Of a DNA stretch of 64,000 bases, positions 47,019-55,977 are shown piece after piece. A model generated the notes under the pieces. The model ran no database searches. It was given only the letters and a program-made list of their open reading frames with translations, and was not told where the DNA came from. Positions within the stretch are counted from its first letter, which is position 1. The number at the start of each line of letters is the position of its first letter. A program made the translations under genes and the position numbers. The stretch comes from Promethearchaeota archaeon (lineage in GTDB: Archaea > Asgardarchaeota > Lokiarchaeia > Sigyniarchaeales > SOKP01). Location of the stretch: NCBI GenBank assembly GCA_016839765.1, contig JAEOTP010000012.1:49892-113891 (forward strand), read 5' to 3'.

Positions 47019-47768
47019 TTAAATAAACTGATGTCCACATTCAGTGCAAAAATTCGCATTAGGAATTTCAATTTTTGTTCCACATTCTGGACAATAATTA
47101 AAGTCACCTGTTGTTACAGGCGCTATCATTTCACTTGTTAATATTGGTTTTTCTGCTTTGGGCATCTTTTCTGGGGCTATAATTTTTTCTGTGACTTCGA
47201 CTTTTCTTGGGATTTTAATTAGTTCTTCTTTTGAATAATGATGGGTCACTCCTATACTAATAAAACTCAATCCTGCTGCTATAAACCCTCCAATAATTCC
47301 AAAACCAATATAGTGTAACGGCGTGTCTCCAATATAATGAAATCTCCAAAATGATAATATATTACCTGGAAGACTAAGTCCTAAAAAATCTTCGGTTGGA
47401 AAGAATAAAGGGACTAACACTAGCCATAAGATTTCGCCGGCAATGATGAGTATAGCAGTAAATATTGAGATATCTCTCATATTTTTGAACTCTGTTCGTC
47501 CTAATCGAAGTTTAATAGCATATACTATGAGGACAATTCCACCTGTTCCGATAAGAATTGAACTAATATATGAGGGGTGTATAATTTGACCCATAAATCC
47601 CCTGATATGAATATCCAAAAGTGGATCATCCAAAACATAGTAACCCCATAACCAAAGAAAATCTTTTGTTCCACCGTAGGTCATAAAAGTTGCAGGAGTA
47701 AAAACTGATATTATAACTAAAATTCCTGCTATTAACGGAATAATAAATATATTTCTTGGTTCATCCAT
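47019..47768 (-). CDS. Polytopic membrane protein with C-terminal double zinc ribbon
   Basis: It has 5-6 TM helices followed by CPECGTKIEIPNANFCTECGHQF. Confidence 0.45.
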   Translation of the reverse strand: MDEPRNIFIIPLIAGILVIISVFTPATFMTYGGTKDFLWLWGYYVLDDPLLDIHIRGFMGQIIHPSYISSILIGTGGIVLIVYAIKLRLGRTEFKNMRDISIFTAILIIAGEILWLVLVPLFFPTEDFLGLSLPGNILSFWRFHYIGDTPLHYIGFGIIGGFIAAGLSFISIGVTHHYSKEELIKIPRKVEVTEKIIAPEKMPKAEKPILTSEMIAPVTTGDFNYCPECGTKIEIPNANFCTECGHQFI

Positions 47769-48146
47769 AAATCATCAAATAAAACTTTTATAATATTTTT
47801 TAAGAGTATGACACATATATTAAATTTATGTACATTACTGTCTTACCTGTTGTGATTTTATCATTTATCAATTGATAAAAGACCATGATAATTTGGGATT
47901 TGTATAAACGAATATTTGAACAAATTTACTTAAAGCCCAGCTATAAATTTATTAAAAATTAGACCGTAATTTCTTAAGAACCACTTCTTGTTTCTGAAAA
48001 ACATAGTTTCGAAACATTTTCAGATATAAAACACATATTTTCGAAGAATAGGAAAATATAAATATGTAGATCAATATAGATCATATTGATACTAATTCTA
48101 TTTTAAATCTACAGAAAAAAAATCGTGTACTAAGTAGTTGAGACCT

Positions 48147-48680
48147 ATGGTCGCAACCGTTGAGGATTTTGAAAGATCAAAAGAATTTTTTGAGAGTGGC
48201 GATATACTCAATACAATAGAAAGTTATGAAAAAGCGATAAATCAAATCGAACGCACAAAAGCAATTAACAAAGAAGAATTAATCGACTTTCTTAATAAAA
48301 TTTTAAAACATTGTCAAGAAAATAATCTTAAAAACGAAGAAGCGATGGTTCTTAGAGCTTTAGGAAGAACATATACTAAATTTAAACAATATCCATTGGG
48401 TTTAAAATATTCTTATCAATCTCTAAAGATCCAAAAGAAATTAGGTAAAAAGCTGGATATAGCGGAGAGTTTAGTCTTTTTAGCTGAGGATCTTGAGGTT
48501 TCAAGTAATTATGATGAATGTGTCAAAACATTTAGTGAAGCTGCAGAAATTTATCGCGAATTAGGGAAACTGAGAAAAGAAAAAGAGGTAAAAAAAGAAA
48601 TTTCTCGATTAAAAGAATTCTTAAAAGAAATGACAGAGGATGAGTATCTACTGCATAAATTTAACATTGATAAATTCTAA
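48147..48680 (+). CDS. TPR-like helical repeat protein
   Basis: It has repeated helix-hairpin units (ALGRTYTKFKQYPLGLKYSYQSLKI; ECVKTFSEAAEIYRELG). The ATG at 48147 is preferred. Confidence 0.45.
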   Translation: MVATVEDFERSKEFFESGDILNTIESYEKAINQIERTKAINKEELIDFLNKILKHCQENNLKNEEAMVLRALGRTYTKFKQYPLGLKYSYQSLKIQKKLGKKLDIAESLVFLAEDLEVSSNYDECVKTFSEAAEIYRELGKLRKEKEVKKEISRLKEFLKEMTEDEYLLHKFNIDKF

Positions 48681-48755
48681 ATTAAAATAACATATCGAAG
48701 ATATATCTAAAATCTCTCCTTTTTTTTAATATTTTTTTTAAAACCTTCTAATGAA

Positions 48756-50045
48756 CTATATTTTATAATTTTCATATAAATTTTTTAGTTTACTTTGAGC
48801 ATAAATAAGGATTTCTTTAACTGAACGCCCAGTTAACGAACTAATTTTTTTTAAATCTTCATATTCAGGTTTTATATTAACTACTTTTTTATCTTTTCCT
48901 GTTTGGAAGTAAGAGACTTTATATCTTACATCATATTCATCTTCATTAATTTGAATTTTTGTCATAATAATTTCTCTATCAATACAAACTCTTTTCATGG
49001 TGTTAAATCTTACTCCAAGAGTGCCTAATTCACTTAATATAGTTTCAATTATTTCAAAGTTATTCTCAGGACGGCAGAGTACTTTAATTACGTGGCTTGG
49101 TCTATTTTTTTTAGTAATGCTTGGTATAACTTGAATATCAAGAACTTCTTTAGTTTCTAAGGTTTTAATAAAATTACCTATAAGTTCTCCTGATATATCA
49201 TCCACATCTGTCTCTAAAATAGTGACATCCTCAATGTATTTCTGGAGAGGACTGTGAAGAGATTTGGTTTCAAGATAGGAGCTTTCACCATAGAAAATTC
49301 GCAATATATTTAGAAAGTCCTTAAACTCTTTCTCTCCAGTGCTATATACAACTTTTTCAAGAATCATTTCATTGGGATAAATCAAGTAATTGGGATTTAA
49401 ATTCACAAGTAAAGCGGCTCCGGTGGGTGTTACTAACTCGCTTTCAATAGGACCATTTACTACAACCAGATCTGATTGTTCTAGTATTCTTATAGTGGCA
49501 GGTGCGGGAATTGCTAGGATTCCATGAGCAGTTTTAACTTTTCCTGCTCCTAAAGGTAATTTGCTACAAAATATTTTAAAATCCGCCTCAAAACATCCTA
49601 ATTTATCTAAAGTTTTTGTAACACCTAAAATATCTACCAAGGTATCCACAGAACTTAATTCATGAAGATGTATGTTTTCTATTAAATTATCATGTACTTC
49701 TGCTTCTGCTTGGAATAATGTTTCTAAAACGTTAATAGCATAATTTTTTGCCGATTCTGAATACTTTTTTTCATTTAAAAAGGTTTGTAAAGCATTTTTT
49801 AAACTCTTAGAGGATCTTTGGTGTTTATTTTCCTCAATATTTAGTTTAAGTTGATTAACCATTATTCCAGTTCTCTTAACTTTTACCAGATCTATTTCCA
49901 GTTTCTTAACTCCCTTCAAATAATTTTTTAGTTCAATAAGTTCATCTATTACGTTCTTAGGGTTGGATATTAATTCTAAGAGTGAAGCTAAAAACATATC
50001 CCCAGAAATTCCAGAATTAGAAGCATCAATATATAATGATTTCAT
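48756..50045 (-). CDS. larC: Nickel insertion protein LarC (DUF111 family)
   Basis: It has the N-terminal signature (YIDASNSGISGDMFLASLLEL), HLHELSSVDTLVDI and LGAGKVKTAHGILAIPAPAT, with a C-terminal ferredoxin-like domain. Confidence 0.85.
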   Translation of the reverse strand: MKSLYIDASNSGISGDMFLASLLELISNPKNVIDELIELKNYLKGVKKLEIDLVKVKRTGIMVNQLKLNIEENKHQRSSKSLKNALQTFLNEKKYSESAKNYAINVLETLFQAEAEVHDNLIENIHLHELSSVDTLVDILGVTKTLDKLGCFEADFKIFCSKLPLGAGKVKTAHGILAIPAPATIRILEQSDLVVVNGPIESELVTPTGAALLVNLNPNYLIYPNEMILEKVVYSTGEKEFKDFLNILRIFYGESSYLETKSLHSPLQKYIEDVTILETDVDDISGELIGNFIKTLETKEVLDIQVIPSITKKNRPSHVIKVLCRPENNFEIIETILSELGTLGVRFNTMKRVCIDREIIMTKIQINEDEYDVRYKVSYFQTGKDKKVVNIKPEYEDLKKISSLTGRSVKEILIYAQSKLKNLYENYKI

Positions 50046-50206
50046 TTATTCTTTCACTTTTTCATGAAATGTAATTACATTTTCTTAATTGGCTATAAGG
50101 ATAAATTGTCAATACTAAAAAAATAAATTCTAATTCTTTTATGATAATTATATAAGTATTATTATCTAATAATGTTAAATTAAACTAATAATTTTAGGAC
50201 ACTATA

Positions 50207-50941
50207 ATGAGTGAACTCCAAACTATCAAATGTTATTTAAATCAATTACCAGCCACATTAATAAAAATATTGGGTATTGACCCTCCTTTCGATACTATTC
50301 CAGAACCAGTTGATTCCATTACTGAGTTATATCAGGGTATTGAAAGAATCGTTATAATTCTTATAGACAATTTCGGCTTGTTTGAGCTCACATTTCATAA
50401 ACCCGAATTCATGATAAGGCAATCACAAATGATGTTATTGTTATCTACTAAGAATCCCTATACATTAGGAGTTTTACATCAAATTCTCTATGGTGGATTC
50501 GAAAAAGAACCAAATGGATTTCATCTATTGCGATTTCTTAATAATAATGGAAAAAAATCATGTTTCATTGGAAGGAAAAAGGATTTAGCCAGATATGACG
50601 GTGGTACATATTCGGTTGCTAAAGATACTGACATGGCAACGTGGATTGAAAGCGCTAAGACAATCAATAATTATGATTTTTCATGGATGCATTATTTAGA
50701 TTTCGAAAATTTACATAAACAGCAACAAGCTTTAAAGCAAAGAACACCTGAAGATTTAATCGAAAAATTAATTTTACGTACGGATAAATGGATTTTAGGA
50801 AATTATAAACAATTAAGACCTAATTCTTTAATGATAATTTTAGGAGATCATGGTCGGGTAAAGTTAGATTTAGAATATTCTGGCAAAATTGCTCAATGGC
50901 GTGAGGCCTCGGTACCTGTTGCTATTTTGATCGCTAAATAG
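50207..50941 (+). CDS. Alkaline-phosphatase-superfamily protein (type I phosphodiesterase/nucleotide pyrophosphatase-like)
   Basis: The blocks VIILIDNFG, STKNPYTLG..ILYGG, HYLDFENLH and IILGDHG fit the metal-ligand layout of the superfamily. Confidence 0.45.
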   Translation: MSELQTIKCYLNQLPATLIKILGIDPPFDTIPEPVDSITELYQGIERIVIILIDNFGLFELTFHKPEFMIRQSQMMLLLSTKNPYTLGVLHQILYGGFEKEPNGFHLLRFLNNNGKKSCFIGRKKDLARYDGGTYSVAKDTDMATWIESAKTINNYDFSWMHYLDFENLHKQQQALKQRTPEDLIEKLILRTDKWILGNYKQLRPNSLMIILGDHGRVKLDLEYSGKIAQWREASVPVAILIAK

Positions 50942-51087
50942 GAAAATATACAACAAGTTTTACAATAATAATGATTACAAGGTACTATGTAAAGATTCGA
51001 GAAAGAGAATATTCTAACCATTATCTTTTTTAAGTAAAAATAATTCAATATAAAGTCTTAGCAACAAAAAAAGAAATTTTGCGAAAT

Positions 51088-51627
51088 ATGGAGGAATATA
51101 AACGTTTTACAATTTCTCTTCCTAAAGAATTATACAACGAGTTTGAGTTATTTAGAAAGACCCTTGATATCTCTAGATCAGATGCAATTAGGAAAGCAAT
51201 GAAAGCTCTAATGATAAGTGAAGAAAACATATCAATTTCCTCTGGAAATGTTGTGGGTTGTATCTCTATAATAATGGCTCATAAACATTTCGAGCATAAA
51301 GAAAATCATGCGGATATAAAAGAAGAAGATGAATTAGATGATCATTCTCATACCATAGATCATGATCATACCTATCATAACCACGATTATGGTTCAAGAC
51401 CTATTTACTCAAATATTCAACAAACAGATGAAATATTAAAAACTGATATACAACATCATTTTCATGATATTATCATTTCTACATTACATGTTCATTTAGA
51501 GTTTGAAAAATGCTTAGAAATTATCGCAGTTTCAGGACCATATGAACGTGTGAAAAAGTTAAAAGACGATCTTCAAAGATTAAAAAGTGTAATCTCAGTT
51601 GGCTTTTTCATAATTGACAAAGAATAG
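51088..51627 (+). CDS. nikR: NikR-type nickel-responsive regulator (ribbon-helix-helix + ACT-like domain) with His/Asp-rich insert
   Basis: It has an RHH N-terminus (KRFTISLPKELYNEFELF...SRSDAIRKAM) and a C-terminal HHFHDIIISTLHVHLEFEKCLEIIAVSG block typical of NikR. A ~35-aa insert reads HKENHADIKEEDELDDHSHTIDHDHTYHNHDYG. Confidence 0.75.
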   Translation: MEEYKRFTISLPKELYNEFELFRKTLDISRSDAIRKAMKALMISEENISISSGNVVGCISIIMAHKHFEHKENHADIKEEDELDDHSHTIDHDHTYHNHDYGSRPIYSNIQQTDEILKTDIQHHFHDIIISTLHVHLEFEKCLEIIAVSGPYERVKKLKDDLQRLKSVISVGFFIIDKE

Positions 51628-51969
51628 ATATAGGATTAGTATCCATAATAAGCTGAATGATAAAGTAATTGATTGCTCTATAAGTAAAAGGAGAGAAAGT
51701 AGAATAAAAAATTCTACTTAATTAAGAGTAGAATTAAAGGATAAGGCGATTTTTTGAGAATTTTTTATTCTATTATTGTGTGTGTAATATTTATAGAGTA
51801 TAAAAAGACTCATTTAAATGAAAATACAGTGATGGATTAATAATTTGTTTGAAAAGTTTCTTTTTGAATCTTTATCAGTAACAGGTAAAATTGGAAAAAA
51901 AATAGTAAAGTAAATAAATTTTAAAAAAAATGTAAAATTTTTATCTTTTATCTAATCAACCTATTTCGT

Positions 51970-52167
51970 CTATAAATCTCTCTCCTGAACCGTTTTTCGG
52001 TTATTTGCCTTTGCACGCGCGACAGCCTTTTCTAAAAGCTCTATAAGAATGGAATTTAGTTTATTTCCATCAAGGACCTCGCTGGCTGTGTTACAATTCT
52101 TAGATTTTATGTATTCCTTTACTTTGCTCTTAACGAAAAGGGTTTCTACTGCTGGTTTTTTAGCCAT
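51970..52167 (-). CDS. Small histone-fold-like protein (DUF1931-like)
   Basis: LFVKSKVKEYIKSKN...LNSILIELLEKAVARAKANNRKTVQERDL matches my recollection of the DUF1931 pattern (vKSKVKE ... A..RAk.NgRKTV...D). Confidence 0.55.
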   Translation of the reverse strand: MAKKPAVETLFVKSKVKEYIKSKNCNTASEVLDGNKLNSILIELLEKAVARAKANNRKTVQERDL

Positions 52168-52598
52168 TTTTTATTCCTCCTTTTATTAAAATTTTTATTC
52201 TTATTATTGGTTTAAAATATTTTAAAATAAATTTGTATTTAAAATATAATTCTCTTAGCTTATATTTAAACTTAGTTGAAAAACCATCATAGAAGGTTAA
52301 TATTATCGGTCTAATCTTATTTTAGAAAAAACAATTCCTTACGCGGTCTAGCCTTGGATTTTAAAGTTTGACAAATTAATCAATCATAAAAATAACCATT
52401 TCAATGAAACCTCTTTTAAAAGAAGGTATTTTTAAAATTTTTAAGAAATTCTAAATAGAACGTGAGGAAACATATGAAAAAAATGATATGTTAGATTCTA
52501 ATTGACTAAAGGGTTTAATTATTATAACTTCTAGCATATAATAAATTAATTCAGTTAATTATTCTTAATTCAAATTCATTTGATTAGGAAAATAATGA

Positions 52599-54440
52599 AT
52601 GAAAGTAGTATCATTAAACGGAACTTGGAAATGTAAGCCTGATTTTGATGATATTGGTATTGAAAAAGGCTGGTATTTACTTAAAAATTATGTTAATAAC
52701 AAAAATAGTTTAAACGATATACAGATTCCAAATAGCTTTAATCTCTTAAGAGATTTCGAAGTATTCGAGGGGATATTTTGGCATTTCTACCAATTTAATC
52801 TCAATGAATCAGTAGATAAAAGTAGTTATACATATCAAATTAGATTTAAAGGAAGTAATTATAAAACTCAGGTTTGGTTGAATGGAGCGTTTTTAGGTGA
52901 ACATAATGGTGGTTTCACCCCTTTTTATGTCAATATTAGTGAAGATCTTACTCAGAAAGATAATTTACTTGTAGTAAGGGTTGATAATATTCGGGAAAAA
53001 GACAGGGTTCCAGCAATTTTTTTTGACTGGTTTAATTGGGGTGGAATTTATCGTGACGTTGATTTATTATTATTAAGTAAAAATCGAGTAAAAGATATTG
53101 TAATAAAAACAACATTAAATACATTAAATGTATGTAACCTTAAAATTACCTATAAAATAATTGGCTCTCTTTCATTTAAATGGCAAATATTAGATTCAAA
53201 TCATTCAAATACCTTATATGAAGGTGATATCTTCGAAGGTTCTGGAGTAGGGACTATTACTTTAAAAATGGATAATCCTAAATTATGGTCACCAGATAAT
53301 CCTAATTTATATTATCTCAAAATAATTGATACATCTACAAAATTCAAGGAAGATATTTTTTATGAATATCACTATGGAATAAGGCAAATTGAAGTTATAG
53401 GTTCTAATGTTTTATTAAATAAAAGAAAGATCCAATTAAAAGGAGTTAGTCTTCATGAGGAATATATGCCATTTGGACGTACGATTCCATACGAAAAAAG
53501 ATTAGAGGATATTAAAACAATAAAGTCATTAGGATTTAATGCATTGAGAACTGCTCACTATCCACATGATGAAGATTTGTTAGAAATTGCCGATAAGATT
53601 GGACTTTTAATCCTTGAAGAAATTCCAATTTATTGGAATTGTAATTTTGAAAGTAATAAAGTATTTAAAGTAGCTGCAAGAATATTACGTGAATTAATAA
53701 AGAGGGATATTAATCATCCTTCTGTTATTTGGTGGAGTGTGGGTAATGAAATTCCTATACATAGACGGGAATGTTCTAGATTTATAAAAAGGTTAATGGT
53801 ATTGGCTAGAAACTATGATGACACTCGAATAATTACTTACGTCTCACGGAAATTGATAACTGATTTTACTAGAAAATATGCTGATGTTGCCACGATTAAT
53901 TCATATTTTGGATGGTATTTTGGACATGAAAGAATGTTAAGTCTTTTTTTAGATATTATGACTGCACCCCTTTTTGCTAAACCCTGGATTTTCACAGAAT
54001 TTGGAGCAGGAGCAAAATATGGATATCATGATGATTGGAAGAATCAAACCAAATTTACTGAAGAAAGACAGCTTCATTTACTTGATTATACAATTAGAAC
54101 AATAAATTCAAAACAATGTTTTAATGGTTGGTTTATTTGGATATTTAGAGATTTTCGTTCTCTTATGAAAAGTGGTAAATATCAACAGGGTTTCAATAGA
54201 AAAGGAATTGTAAGTGAAAAATCATATGAAAAAAAATTGATATATTATAAAATTCCCCAATTAATTGAAAAACAAAGAAAAGTATTAAACACCAAACTTT
54301 TAGGGATAATTCTCTGGATAATCTTCTTTCCTTTCTCATACTTAATTCTTACTCATTTAATCACTCTTTTGGCAGATTTATATGGAAATATTGGTTTTAA
54401 GAAAGGAGTTACTTCATATAATTATTCAATTGAAAAATAA
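52599..54440 (+). CDS. GH2-family glycoside hydrolase (beta-galactosidase/glucuronidase-like) with C-terminal TM segment
   Basis: It has a sugar-binding N-domain (GIFWHFYQF, VWLNGAFLGEHNGGFTPF). The TIM barrel has NALRTAHYPH, WSVGNE and TEFGAG. The C-terminus has a hydrophobic helix (LLGIILWIIFFPFSYLILTHLITLL). Confidence 0.8.
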   Translation: MKVVSLNGTWKCKPDFDDIGIEKGWYLLKNYVNNKNSLNDIQIPNSFNLLRDFEVFEGIFWHFYQFNLNESVDKSSYTYQIRFKGSNYKTQVWLNGAFLGEHNGGFTPFYVNISEDLTQKDNLLVVRVDNIREKDRVPAIFFDWFNWGGIYRDVDLLLLSKNRVKDIVIKTTLNTLNVCNLKITYKIIGSLSFKWQILDSNHSNTLYEGDIFEGSGVGTITLKMDNPKLWSPDNPNLYYLKIIDTSTKFKEDIFYEYHYGIRQIEVIGSNVLLNKRKIQLKGVSLHEEYMPFGRTIPYEKRLEDIKTIKSLGFNALRTAHYPHDEDLLEIADKIGLLILEEIPIYWNCNFESNKVFKVAARILRELIKRDINHPSVIWWSVGNEIPIHRRECSRFIKRLMVLARNYDDTRIITYVSRKLITDFTRKYADVATINSYFGWYFGHERMLSLFLDIMTAPLFAKPWIFTEFGAGAKYGYHDDWKNQTKFTEERQLHLLDYTIRTINSKQCFNGWFIWIFRDFRSLMKSGKYQQGFNRKGIVSEKSYEKKLIYYKIPQLIEKQRKVLNTKLLGIILWIIFFPFSYLILTHLITLLADLYGNIGFKKGVTSYNYSIEK

Positions 54441-54504
54441 TGTTCCTTAAAACCTTTTTTCTTAAAACTTTGTGCTTTTTATATTTTAATCTTAATAAAA
54501 TGAT

Positions 54505-55311
54505 ATGACAATACCGGAGAACTCATTACTTTCAAAAATTAAAAGATCTTCAGAAATATTAAGCATCCATAATTTGCTAATCTTTAACAGGTCAGGAATC
54601 TGTATTTACGGAATAAGTTTTACAGATTTATTTAGATTAGAACAAGAGCAATTAATATCTTCCTACTTTACAGCCCTCATGTCCTTTACAAATGAATTGA
54701 TAGGAGATAAAATAAAAACGTTAGAAATGGGAGGAGGTGTAAAACTTACTATTTTTGAAAAAAGTAACCTAATTTACGGTCTCTTATGCGATACAGATGA
54801 AAATTTAATTATGCTTGAAAATATAATTTCAAAATTACATATAAAATTTATCAGGTACGTTAAAAAAAACCACGTAAAAACAGACTTGGAATACATATAT
54901 GATGATGATTTGGATTATCTTGTAAAAGAAATTATAAAAGAAATGTCTACTAAAGAATATGATTTAGAAAAAGAAGAGAAAGTAATAAAATATTTAAAAA
55001 GCATTAAAGCAAATGATCAACTTAATGATATAATCTTTTTAACAGATGGGGGCAAGATTCTCTATTCATCTGCGAGGAATAAAACTTCGCTAAGAAAAAT
55101 ATTAAAGGAAGTAGATTTCAGAATTAAAATTTGCAATAACTCAATTTTAAAATTGTTTTATACTTCTAAGGACAATGAACTTATCTTTTCTGAATACTTT
55201 AATGAAAAATATTTAATAATATTAGTCTTCGATTCAAAGACTAAATTTGGTGTAGCTGAGTTTTACTTACATAAAATTGTAAGGAAGATTACAGAATTTT
55301 TAAAGGAATAA
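54505..55311 (+). CDS. Two-domain protein: longin-like N-domain + roadblock/LC7-like C-domain (hypothetical)
   Basis: N-domain strand/helix pattern: LLIFNRSGICIYGISF / QLISSYFTALMSFTNEL / IKTLEMGG-VKLTIFEK-LIYGLLCD / ENLIMLENIISKLHIKFIRY. C-domain pattern: helix, IIFLTDGGKILYSS, helix, two strands, terminal helix. Confidence 0.45.
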   Translation: MTIPENSLLSKIKRSSEILSIHNLLIFNRSGICIYGISFTDLFRLEQEQLISSYFTALMSFTNELIGDKIKTLEMGGGVKLTIFEKSNLIYGLLCDTDENLIMLENIISKLHIKFIRYVKKNHVKTDLEYIYDDDLDYLVKEIIKEMSTKEYDLEKEEKVIKYLKSIKANDQLNDIIFLTDGGKILYSSARNKTSLRKILKEVDFRIKICNNSILKLFYTSKDNELIFSEYFNEKYLIILVFDSKTKFGVAEFYLHKIVRKITEFLKE

Positions 55312-55459
55312 GTTATTTTTTATTTCTTTTTAAGCCTAATCACCATTAATTTTTAAGTTTTTAATTAATTTCCAAAAATTTATGAATTATAAAAATGAAC
55401 TTAAAATTATATTTCCTCTAAACTTAAAATAATATTAAAATAGGATATTAAGAAAGAAT

Positions 55460-55963
55460 ATGACAAAATCAGAAGAAGGCTTAAAAGAAGCTTTTGCTGG
55501 AGAATCTCAAGCTAATAGGAAGTATCTAGCTTTTGCTAAAAAAGCAGAACAGGATGGATTTCCTGGAGTGGCACTACTGTTTAGAGCCGCGGCAGCTGCC
55601 GAAACTGTTCATGCTTATAATCATCTAAGAGCTTTGGGAGGGATTAACTCTACTATTGAAAATTTAAAAGAAGCGATTGGTGGAGAATTTTATGAGTTCA
55701 CAAAAATGTATCCAGAATTTATTGAAGATGCTAAGAGTGAAGGGATAAAAAATGCTGAGAGAACCTTTTCCTATGCTAATGAAGTAGAAAAAATACACCA
55801 TAAATTATATGAGAAAGCATTGAAATTAATTGAAGAGGGAAAAGATTTAGACGTTAAAGAGATGTATATATGTTCAGTATGTGGTTATACACACGAAGGA
55901 ACTCCTCCTGATAAGTGTCCCGTTTGTGGCGCTGCCAAAAAAGCTTTTGAAAAAATTGAATAA
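55460..55963 (+). CDS. rbr: Rubrerythrin
   Basis: It has a ferritin-like diiron domain (FAGESQANRKY, AETVHAYNH, EFYEF, EKIHHKLY) and a C-terminal rubredoxin motif (CSVCGY...CPVCGA). Confidence 0.9.
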   Translation: MTKSEEGLKEAFAGESQANRKYLAFAKKAEQDGFPGVALLFRAAAAAETVHAYNHLRALGGINSTIENLKEAIGGEFYEFTKMYPEFIEDAKSEGIKNAERTFSYANEVEKIHHKLYEKALKLIEEGKDLDVKEMYICSVCGYTHEGTPPDKCPVCGAAKKAFEKIE

Positions 55964-55977
55964 TTTTTTTATTTTTT

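Noticed and set aside
51698-51718. A hairpin (agtagaat-aaaaa-attctact) 70 nt downstream of nikR, with a third agtagaat copy at 51727. It was considered as a terminator or sRNA.
   Set aside because: An 8-bp A/T-rich stem is expected by chance in this composition, and archaeal termination relies mainly on T-tracts. There is not enough evidence to call a feature.
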